DNA from: an uncultured virus (IMG/VR IMGVR_UViG_3300036760_001400)
Lineage: Duplodnaviria > Heunggongvirae > Uroviricota > Caudoviricetes
Length of the DNA stretch: 64,000 nt
Strand: one strand, 5' to 3'
Virus record (IMG/VR): IMGVR_UViG_3300036760_001400
Shown: one piece after another, positions 56,536-64,000 of the stretch
Numbering within the stretch: the stretch's first letter is position 1
Layout: each line of letters starts with the position of its first letter
Made by a program: the position numbers and the translations under genes
Notes under the pieces: model-generated
The model's database searches: none
Seen by the model: only the letters and a program-made list of their open reading frames with translations
What the model was told of the DNA's origin: nothing

Positions 56536-56727
56536 GCAGTACCCGAAGTCCAAAGATGCCCGAAAACGTCTGCACCGGTACCACGATTCCCGTGACTTCG
56601 ACTTTACATGCCGGTCTCATGGGAGCTGCGCCTACTGCATGGAAGGGCGTCAGCACAACACCCAGAAACGGAAAGCTGCGGCCAACGATCGCTTGAGAGG
56701 AGATCTCTAAGGTGGTACCATCTCCGT

Positions 56728-57186
56728 GTGGCCAAGACCGCACCCCCTGTACCCATCTCGAGCCTTCTCATCCATAAGGTCGCAAAGTACGTCAAGCAGC
56801 TAAGCCAGGCAAAGAGGGTCTACCTGGTCGGGAGCCGATCACGGCACAAGTATGGGCGTGACCTTGACCTCGTAGTCACGGTAGAGGACCCGGCTCTTCG
56901 GGGCAGGAACGTTACGTTCAAGGTTGTATCAGCCCCTCCCGGAACGCTGTCTGTTAATCTCTTTTTCGCCCTATTCGGTGAGGAGGAACCCGCCATCCTG
57001 GAATATGGCCTTGGAGCTGATAACCGGCGGTGGAAAGCGAAGGCAAAGGCCGTGGGTCTTCGCCTAAATCGCTATGGCCTCTGGAGGGGGAAGAACCTGA
57101 TCACCAACGGGATGGCCGAGATCGCCCGGATCCTCGATATGCCCCTGAAAGCCCATCTCGTATGGAGTCTGGAGCACCCTCTATGA
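56728..57186 (+). CDS. minimal DNA polymerase X-like nucleotidyltransferase
   Basis: LVGSRSR, RDLDLVV, VNLF, LRLNRYGLW thumb motif; TGGTACCAT 6 nt before GTG. Confidence 0.75.
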   Translation: MAKTAPPVPISSLLIHKVAKYVKQLSQAKRVYLVGSRSRHKYGRDLDLVVTVEDPALRGRNVTFKVVSAPPGTLSVNLFFALFGEEEPAILEYGLGADNRRWKAKAKAVGLRLNRYGLWRGKNLITNGMAEIARILDMPLKAHLVWSLEHPL

Positions 57187-57368
57187 TGGTTTACGAATAC
57201 CCGCCCATGGGTCATGGCTTCCCTAGAAGCTATTCGGACACAACGCCCCAGGAAATCCTCTACGACCATGGAAAAGTACTGGGTGCATGTGCTAGAATAG
57301 TGGACACGGGGAGGACGGTCCTCCGTCAGCCAAGACTGGAAACAACCCTCTACAGGCAGGAGTTAGGT

Positions 57369-57797
57369 ATGGCTTACGTCGTACGCGGTCCTCAGGGCGA
57401 GTTCTACGGTCGTTTCAGCGCCATACCGCTTCCATCCCAGCTTCCTCCTTACGCCATGGTCGAGAGAGAAATAGACTCACCCAGGGTCAGCATCTCCTCT
57501 GGCCTTGGAGCTCCCCCTCACCGTCCACATCGTCATGGAGGTCGTCGCGGATTCAGGGGTGGATACGGATGGGGACCCTGGTGGCCGGTTCCCTATGTCG
57601 AAGAGCCTGTCGAGAACAGGTATGTCATCGTGAACCCAGACGGAAAGCCCATCACCGTAGTCCGGGGGATTCCCAGGCATGTTCCCAAAGGCTGGACCTT
57701 TCGGGTGGCAACGGCTTCCGAGGCAGCTTCCGGTGTCCCGGATAACTCCGAGAGAAGCATGCATGGACCCTTTGGCGGAGTAGACGGAGTCTTCTAG
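57369..57797 (+). CDS. Gly/Arg/Pro-rich hypothetical protein
   Basis: AGGAG SD; SGLG...HGGRRGFRGGYGWGPWW. Confidence 0.5.
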   Translation: MAYVVRGPQGEFYGRFSAIPLPSQLPPYAMVEREIDSPRVSISSGLGAPPHRPHRHGGRRGFRGGYGWGPWWPVPYVEEPVENRYVIVNPDGKPITVVRGIPRHVPKGWTFRVATASEAASGVPDNSERSMHGPFGGVDGVF

Positions 57798-57968
57798 ATG
57801 AAGAAGCCCGTCCTGCACATCGTTCTTGGCGCAGGCCTTCTGGGGCTTCTGGTCATAGCAGTCTCTTCCAGACTGTACGAAGACTATTGGAAGTTCAAGT
57901 ACTCGGATGAGCCTTCGGCAAAGCCCGGGAAGCCTGCGATCGATTACTCGGATCCAAACAATATCTAG
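57798..57968 (+). CDS. small single-pass membrane protein
   Basis: MKKPVLHIVLGAGLLGLLVIAV; starts right after the previous stop. Confidence 0.55.
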   Translation: MKKPVLHIVLGAGLLGLLVIAVSSRLYEDYWKFKYSDEPSAKPGKPAIDYSDPNNI

Positions 57969-57988
57969 GCTATCTAGGCTATCTTGGC
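57962..57988. repeat. 9-bp tandem repeat x3 between convergent genes
   Basis: TATCTAGGC TATCTAGGC TATCTTGGC. Confidence 0.75.
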
Positions 57989-57989
57989 T

Positions 57990-58820
57990 TTAGCTGGCCA
58001 TAAGAGCGCCCACGGCAGCGTTGTAAGAAGCCACCGCCGGTACGATCTTCATGAGGCCCATTACTCCCAGGATACCGCCTCCCGTGTATCCGACAGCCTT
58101 CATCAGGACCATGTCATCGGGTACGACAAAGTAAGTTCCCGCGAAGCAGGCGATCGAACCTGCTACATAAGGGAGGGAGCTCTTGAGCGCTTCTCCGTAA
58201 GCATCGGTAGCCTGAGCCAGAACCTTCCCTAGATCAGGTCTGCTGGTAACCGCTTCGGAGAGAGCTTCATTCTCTTTTTCCAGGGTCAGGACTCGTTCGG
58301 TTTGGGTGGCCAGCCTCCCCTCCAGGTTCTCGATTTTCTTGAGAAGCTGGTTGACCTTCTTTTCGAGTTTATCCCTGAGAAGATTGAGGCTGTCGAGTTC
58401 TCCCTTGATCTTTTTGGCATACTCGGTCTGATCGAGCCAGCGACGCTTGAGCTCGGCATACTCATCGCGAAGTTCCCGGATTCTCCACCTGAGATCCCTG
58501 AGATCGCATTCCTTGAGCTTGAGAAGATCGTCTTTGGTCTTCTGACGGCGGCCCAGCGGATCTCTTGGGGATCCTTTAAGGAGCCTTTTCGCGATGCTCG
58601 AGATCTGTAGCTGGAGTTTCTTTGAACTGTACGGCTTATCGAGACGGCGCGGAGGACAGATACCTCCGGCCATGCTGTACCCTCCGCCCCCTCCGCTCGG
58701 AGGGGGCGGAGGAACGGGAACCGGTACCCGTTCGCGGAAATAGTCTGCCCCGAAATAATAGGGAGCAAAGAAGGCCGACCCAAAATAGCCTCGACTGGTT
58801 GTGGGAGGAGGGGGAGGCAT
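57990..58820 (-). CDS. coiled-coil protein with C-terminal membrane hairpin
   Basis: YFGSAFFAPYYFG N-terminus, long heptads, two hydrophobic helices. Confidence 0.65.
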   Translation of the reverse strand: MPPPPPTTSRGYFGSAFFAPYYFGADYFRERVPVPVPPPPPSGGGGGYSMAGGICPPRRLDKPYSSKKLQLQISSIAKRLLKGSPRDPLGRRQKTKDDLLKLKECDLRDLRWRIRELRDEYAELKRRWLDQTEYAKKIKGELDSLNLLRDKLEKKVNQLLKKIENLEGRLATQTERVLTLEKENEALSEAVTSRPDLGKVLAQATDAYGEALKSSLPYVAGSIACFAGTYFVVPDDMVLMKAVGYTGGGILGVMGLMKIVPAVASYNAAVGALMAS

Positions 58821-58824
58821 AAGG

Positions 58825-59310
58825 CTAAGGAGTCGGGTTCAACGTCACGACCGTACGATTTCCATTGGCATCGCAGATAGAGGTGATTCGATTGACCGTA
58901 TCATCCATCGACCTGAACACGGGAAGGAGCGGAGCTCCGGAAATCTTACCGCCAAGCGCGGCTCCGATAAGCGACATGATCTGCGTATAAGTGTATGTAT
59001 CAACCACGAAGACTCCAAGATCCGGTCCGCTGACCGTCACATCGAACCCTTCGGTCCACCCCCTCTCATTATACGTCGGATTTCTTATCGTCAGGCACCA
59101 GTATCCTACAGCATTCGGAGTAAAGGTGGCATTGTAACGCCCATTCGCGACCTCGGTGACCGTGACTACAATGACATTATTCACTCCATTGAGGGACAGG
59201 AACTTCGTAAAGTCCCCGTTGACCAGACCAAGTACCGGGACGTTAAAAATGTCAAAGACGTCAAATTCCGTCTCGACAAGTGTATTGACCTTCTGAACGC
59301 TGGTAGCCAT
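58825..59310 (-). CDS. beta-rich (Ig-like) putative virion protein
   Basis: VTEVANGRYNATFTP...GYW; RITSICDANGNRT. Confidence 0.55.
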   Translation of the reverse strand: MATSVQKVNTLVETEFDVFDIFNVPVLGLVNGDFTKFLSLNGVNNVIVVTVTEVANGRYNATFTPNAVGYWCLTIRNPTYNERGWTEGFDVTVSGPDLGVFVVDTYTYTQIMSLIGAALGGKISGAPLLPVFRSMDDTVNRITSICDANGNRTVVTLNPTP

Positions 59311-59328
59311 CTGGCAGTCCGCCCTTTT

Positions 59329-60159
59329 CTAGGTCCCCGTATACTGTACGATAAGCTCAACCCTGAGGCCAGTCGCGTTAAACGGAGCCTGAACCACGTC
59401 GCACGCAAAGACATCGCCCTTCTTGAAGGCCGTGATGTCCGGAGCGGCCGTGTTTCTCGTTCTGTTCGTGCTCGCCGTGGTTGCGCCGATGAAAGGCCTG
59501 TTGCCCGCCGTTGTGAAGATCGTCCCGAACGTGACGGAGTATGGGGTCGTGGACAGTGTGCCGGTGCCTCTTAGAATATCCACGATCGTCGTGCCTGTCG
59601 TCCCGCAGCCTTTCATGGACACGATGACATCGATGATGGTTCCAAATCGGACCATGCCAGCGTAGTTGTCCTGGCCGGTGAAAATGGCAACCACGTTGTT
59701 GGCTGTAAACGTGTTCCATTCGATGATATCAAGAGGCAGACCCGCACCGGTCACCCCTTGGATGCCGGTAGCTCCCTGCACACCGGTCGTACCTTGAACG
59801 CCAGTAGCTCCATCGACACCCGTTTGTCCATCAACACCTGTAGCCCCTTTGGAACCTGTAGCACCTTGTACGCCCGTCTGACCTTGAACTCCGGTATTGC
59901 CCTGCAGGCCGGTGATCCCTTGAGGTCCTGTGACTCCACGTATACCCGTGTTTCCATCAACGCCTGTGTCCCCGAGTCCCGTAACACCCAGTACGCCGGT
60001 AGCTCCACGAACCCCGGTAGCTCCTTGAACTCCAGTAGCACCCTGAAGACCCGTAACTCCTTGAGGCCCGGTGATACCGACGCCCGTCTCACCTTGAACG
60101 CCTGTCTCACCTTGAGGGCCAACGCCGATAATTCCGCGAGACAGATCCTGCATTGCCAT
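59329..60159 (-). CDS. collagen-like fibre protein
   Basis: Long run of Gly-X-Y triplets (GVQGAT type) followed by a beta-rich C-terminal domain. Confidence 0.85.
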   Translation of the reverse strand: MAMQDLSRGIIGVGPQGETGVQGETGVGITGPQGVTGLQGATGVQGATGVRGATGVLGVTGLGDTGVDGNTGIRGVTGPQGITGLQGNTGVQGQTGVQGATGSKGATGVDGQTGVDGATGVQGTTGVQGATGIQGVTGAGLPLDIIEWNTFTANNVVAIFTGQDNYAGMVRFGTIIDVIVSMKGCGTTGTTIVDILRGTGTLSTTPYSVTFGTIFTTAGNRPFIGATTASTNRTRNTAAPDITAFKKGDVFACDVVQAPFNATGLRVELIVQYTGT

Positions 60160-60528
60160 GGATTAGAGTTCCCTATTCAATCCATGAAACCGTGTGAGGG
60201 ATTTTCTTAAAGAATTGCATTTGGTAACGTAAGCCGTCGCCATAGTCGAAGGTCTATAATATCAGATATATGCTGGAAATGGGAGCCTTGAGATGATAGA
60301 ATTCATCATCTTTAGGAAGGAGGCAGTGATGGCCTCAACACATCATCATGTCTAGCAGTCAAGTCCCGATGCAATGCCCTCAATGCAGATCGAGGGCCTT
60401 CAAGATCTACTTCACAGGTGATATGATCATTCCTGTAGGGGGTCCTGTTTGGATTTGCTGTAACGTGTGCCCCTCATGGTGGAGAGGGGAAATGTCTTTG
60501 GATGTAGGTGTCATTAAAGGAAAAGACG

Positions 60529-60864
60529 ATGGCAGATCTGGTAGTCCAGGTGTTCGAGACGGAAGCCCAGAAACAAAAAGGTCTCCAGCACATGAACCCG
60601 ATCCCGGATAACAAGATCTTCGTATTCACTCATGTGGAGCCGGACACGGTCTTTCACTCAAGGAACGTAGCTTCCCCCTTCGATATCTGCTTCGTTGACC
60701 GGGCAGGCGTTGTCCTTGAGCAGGCAACCTTGGAACCGCCGGGAGCGGTCATCTCAGCTCCCCCTCGAACGGCCTACGCCATCGAGGCCAAGGAAGGAAT
60801 CCTCTCATCCATGGATGTTGGAAGACGTGTCAACATGAAGGCTCTACTTGGAAAGGACGTGTGA
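60529..60864 (+). CDS. DUF192 family protein
   Basis: QKGLQ...FVF...FHSRNV..PFDICFVD..G...YAIE..G. Confidence 0.8.
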   Translation: MADLVVQVFETEAQKQKGLQHMNPIPDNKIFVFTHVEPDTVFHSRNVASPFDICFVDRAGVVLEQATLEPPGAVISAPPRTAYAIEAKEGILSSMDVGRRVNMKALLGKDV

Positions 60865-61160
60865 TGGAAGAAATTGGAAACACCCATGGCCCCAGTCTTC
60901 AGATTACACCCGTTGAAAACGGGTATATCATCTCAACCTTCCACGGTCAAAAGGAAAGGGGCGATATCCCCGAAATGCTTTCCAGCGTGATGAACGGGTT
61001 CTCGTCCGGAGAAGATCCCGCTGAGTCCGTGGCCAAGGCCATCGGATCCATCAAGATCAAGGAATCAACTCGTCGAAAAGCTGTCGAACATCACATCGCC
61101 AAATCCATTGAGGAAGTCCTGAAGCTGATACCTGAAATCCTTGGTTCCATGAAAAACTAG
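60864..61160 (+). CDS. hypothetical protein
   Basis: Coupled start; ITPVENGYII motif. Confidence 0.55.
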   Translation: MEEIGNTHGPSLQITPVENGYIISTFHGQKERGDIPEMLSSVMNGFSSGEDPAESVAKAIGSIKIKESTRRKAVEHHIAKSIEEVLKLIPEILGSMKN

Positions 61161-61169
61161 GAGAGAGAG

Positions 61170-61634
61170 ATGGCGGAATGCTTCAGGATTGAAGACGCTG
61201 ATCCCTTAGCTCGGGATATCCTGAAGGACATATGGGACCGTAAGCCGCTGTACATCAGAGGCGGAACGAGCATCTTCTTCTACGGTTGCCCATGCGGAAA
61301 AGAAGGCAGTATCGTTGACCTTGAGTTCCGGTTCAATATCACAGAGCACCGATGGCATGTGATCAAAAAGTTGGAAAAAGTCTATGGAGTCCTGCTTGAT
61401 CAGGAAGCTCTTCAGAATGGATCCGGTAGAATTAGGGGGCTAGCCAGTCATGTCAAAAGACTTCTTGAAGCTCCCAGAACCCTCGAGCGTAAAGCGAGGG
61501 ACGAAGCCGAAATTGCCCGTCTGCGACGATTGCAAGACGACGCTTTACGTGAAGCGGGGATGGGGACGGTGCAGGGACTGTCACCGGGGGGTAGCACTCC
61601 CGATCGGCCACGTCATCACGAAAGGACGGCATAA
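61170..61634 (+). CDS. hypothetical protein
   Basis: GGAG SD; 3' part overlaps the alternative ORF 61450..61773. Confidence 0.4.
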   Translation: MAECFRIEDADPLARDILKDIWDRKPLYIRGGTSIFFYGCPCGKEGSIVDLEFRFNITEHRWHVIKKLEKVYGVLLDQEALQNGSGRIRGLASHVKRLLEAPRTLERKARDEAEIARLRRLQDDALREAGMGTVQGLSPGGSTPDRPRHHERTA

Positions 61635-61773
61635 AGGTAAGGAGGTTTACCTGAAGAAATATATCTTCAATGAAATTGCACAAGACTCGACTATTGATGA
61701 GTCAAAAGACGATCTGCTGGATGAACTTGAGGAAAAAGGATACTTTATCATCTCTGAAATCGAGGAATCTTAG

Positions 61774-62352
61774 ATGCATGAAAGTGTCATGGAGTTTCTT
61801 CGGGAGTCAATCCAGCCTGACGAAATCAAGGGCAAGAAGGTCCTTGAGGTCGGATCGCAGGACCTTAATGGATCCCCGCGCTCCATCATAGAGCAGTATA
61901 GCCCGTCTGCTTATATCGGAATTGATTCAGGTCCAGGGAAAGGAGTGGATCTTGTCTTGGATGCCTGCGAGGTAGTCAGGCACTTTGGAAAAGGGTATTT
62001 CGACGTGGTTATCTCTACCGAGATGCTGGAGCACGCGGAAAACTGGAGGTCATCCATCAGCAACATGAAGCGTGCCCTGAAATCCCTCGGACTTATTGTC
62101 ATCACGACACGCTCTCCAGGATTCCCTTACCATGGGCACCCTGGAGATTATTGGAGGTTTACAAGGAACATCATGTCAGAAGTCTTCTCCGACATGAGTA
62201 TAAAGATCCTTGTTGACGATCCCCTGAGGGGATTCCCTGGAATCTTCATGAAGGCTTGGAAGGCAAAGGGAATCAAGGAAGTAGACCTCACTTCCATCAG
62301 CGCCATTCCCGCTCCACCGGATCCTGCCCGTGAAAATAAGGATCAGCGGTAA
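61774..62352 (+). CDS. class I SAM-dependent methyltransferase
   Basis: VLEVGS, YIGID..G.GVD, FDVVISTEMLEH, PYHG.PGDYWRF. Confidence 0.88.
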   Translation: MHESVMEFLRESIQPDEIKGKKVLEVGSQDLNGSPRSIIEQYSPSAYIGIDSGPGKGVDLVLDACEVVRHFGKGYFDVVISTEMLEHAENWRSSISNMKRALKSLGLIVITTRSPGFPYHGHPGDYWRFTRNIMSEVFSDMSIKILVDDPLRGFPGIFMKAWKAKGIKEVDLTSISAIPAPPDPARENKDQR

Positions 62353-62603
62353 AAATCCAGACGGTAAACATCACATACTCTATACTCCAGAAGGGATGTC
62401 AAACCAACTTCTTGAGGAGTTATGGAGTCTTTCTGAAGACAAGGCAATCGAGTACCCGATCTCATTGAAGCTCGGGACAACGACCGCTTATATAGAAGAC
62501 AGGAGCTACCTTCTATCGTTTCTCTGTGGACTTCAGACTGGGTTTGAAATGAACCGTGTTTTTTAGGAGTCGGCCCTAAAGGCGGACTCCCCTCACTCTA
62601 CAC

Positions 62604-62637
62604 AGCCAGGGTGGATCCCTAGGGATCCACCCTGGCT
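62604..62637. repeat. 34-bp perfect palindrome
   Basis: AGCCAGGGTGGATCCCT|AGGGATCCACCCTGGCT. Confidence 0.9.
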
Positions 62638-62658
62638 CATTATTACACAGGAGACGCT

Positions 62659-62982
62659 ATGGAAAAAGAGACTCTAGCGAATCGATGCTTCAAAATCGGT
62701 GAGCAAGCAGGCCTGAAACTCATCGACACGCTCATCCGGAAGGTAAAGAAGGAACATCCCAAACCGAACCGTGTTGAAGGGCTAAGCGCCCTTCTGGCGG
62801 GCATTTCCTCATGTCTCCTGTTCAGGGGACATCGGGAAATAGAGCGGATGCTGTTCGAGGAAAAGATGGAGATCAAGACTGCAGACCAATGGATGCAGGC
62901 GACGATCTCGAAAGTGATCGAGGCTCTTGAAAGGGATAAGGTTCCCGTTGAAGCGAGGTTTTTTATCGGGAGGAAAAAATGA
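62659..62982 (+). CDS. hypothetical protein
   Basis: AGGAG SD. Confidence 0.55.
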   Translation: MEKETLANRCFKIGEQAGLKLIDTLIRKVKKEHPKPNRVEGLSALLAGISSCLLFRGHREIERMLFEEKMEIKTADQWMQATISKVIEALERDKVPVEARFFIGRKK

Positions 62983-63060
62983 CCCGATGACTTGAAGTCA
63001 CCCCCCCCGTCACACCGACCTGTACTTCTTTTTTCACTCTTTTTATTCAAGGAGATCCCC

Positions 63061-63519
63061 ATGTCAAACCCTGTCATTGTCCCCATTTCCGAGTGGGACT
63101 CGAACTCGAAATGCCATAAGTGCGAATCTCAGGGAGACGACCTCTCGATCATCTGGATCAAGACCGGAGAGGGAAAGGTGAACGGGGTCGATTACGCCTT
63201 CGAGGACATGAGGAAGGGCGTTCCCTACGAGCACCTCATGTATTCCTGCAAGGTATGTGGTTACCAGTGGCTTTCGGAAACATCCGACTCTAGCGACCGG
63301 TCCGAAGCCATGGATAAGGAATCCGTAGCTGAGGACCTGAAAGCAAAGGACGCCGAAGCCATGACTCCCGATGAAGAAACGCCCAGCGTGTCGGAAGGTA
63401 AGGCTGAACCTTCCATCAAAGGTCATCTCAGAAGGATGATGTCCCTCCGCTCTCGGCCAGCCTTTCCTCGACCTGGAAAGGGCTCGGGTACACCAAGCAT
63501 TCCTGACATCAGCATGTAA
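63061..63519 (+). CDS. zinc-ribbon protein with disordered tail
   Basis: AAGGAG SD; CHKC...EHL..SCKVCGYQW. Confidence 0.55.
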   Translation: MSNPVIVPISEWDSNSKCHKCESQGDDLSIIWIKTGEGKVNGVDYAFEDMRKGVPYEHLMYSCKVCGYQWLSETSDSSDRSEAMDKESVAEDLKAKDAEAMTPDEETPSVSEGKAEPSIKGHLRRMMSLRSRPAFPRPGKGSGTPSIPDISM

Positions 63520-63550
63520 TGGCCAACCTTCCAACTTAAGGAAAGATCCA

Positions 63551-64000
63551 GTGGATGAAACTCATGTCTTCCAGTCTGAAAACGAACTGAAGTATTTCCA
63601 GCACAAGCTCTTCCTGAAGTCCATGGGGAATGACTTCTACGCCACCTCTATTGGGAGAATCCCCGGCTTCGAAATCGATCCGAAGATCCCGATCGAAGAA
63701 ATCCTCAAGCTCTTCGATAAATTGGAATCAAGCTTAGAAGTCATCTACAGGCAGGTGAGCGGACCTAAGAACTCCAGTTATTTCCTTAAGGGTTTCGATT
63801 CGACCGTCTTCGTGATGGCTGAATTAAGGGACACGCGTCTAAGCTGCGATGTCATCTCATCATCTCTGCCGGCAGGCAAGGTTGTAAATGAGATGCTGAA
63901 GACCTTGGAGCCTGTCGCCTTCAAGAACAAGAATGAGCCTGGAGTCTGGATCGATGTCACCTACTGGAATGATGAAGAGGTCTGTCATTCCAAGCAGTTC
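63551..64000 (+). CDS. partial hypothetical protein running off the window
   Basis: AAGGA SD, GTG, 150 open codons to the window end. Confidence 0.55.
   Translation, partial: MDETHVFQSENELKYFQHKLFLKSMGNDFYATSIGRIPGFEIDPKIPIEEILKLFDKLESSLEVIYRQVSGPKNSSYFLKGFDSTVFVMAELRDTRLSCDVISSSLPAGKVVNEMLKTLEPVAFKNKNEPGVWIDVTYWNDEEVCHSKQF

Noticed and set aside
59750..60125. Gly-X-Y nucleotide periodicity as a DNA repeat element
   Set aside because: Explained by collagen-like coding sequence
1..64000. Alternative genetic code (stop-codon reassignment)
   Set aside because: Recognisable genes are full length in the standard code and end in TAA, TAG and TGA with normal coupling

Overview
This 64 kb window looks like part of a large double-stranded DNA virus or prophage. 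It is densely packed with mostly short + strand genes, many of them Cys-rich, and shows no housekeeping operons and no recognisable terminase, portal or capsid gene. Recognisable modules are: (1) a minus-strand recombination/replication operon (SNF2 helicase, PD-(D/E)XK exonuclease, HNH, Sak4-like ATPase, DUF669 SSB) plus a DUF3987-type helicase and a RecU/VRR-NUC-like nuclease; (2) a glycosylation cluster (GDP-L-fucose synthase, several glycosyltransferases, FkbM methyltransferase); (3) nucleotide-processing, probably counter-defence, genes (macro domain, MazG, metallophosphoesterase, SLOG/MoCo-carrier, Mesh1/SpoT-like HD, DNA methylase); (4) a tyrosine recombinase / wHTH / atypical tRNA-Thr module; (5) minus-strand membrane, collagen and Ig-like genes that are probably virion components. 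The most notable observations are a ~240-nt highly structured RNA with a perfect tRNA T-arm embedded in-frame in a degenerate LAGLIDADG gene, further structured RNAs at 11.5 kb and 41.2 kb, ubiquitin-system-like parts (three Prok-E2_D-like paralogs, a tandem JAB protein, B-box/UBZ-like zinc fingers), an ASFV-like minimal PolX, a Flp-type pilin, and a repeated membrane-hairpin domain. All calls come from reading motifs and base-pairing by eye; no searches or folding programs were run.
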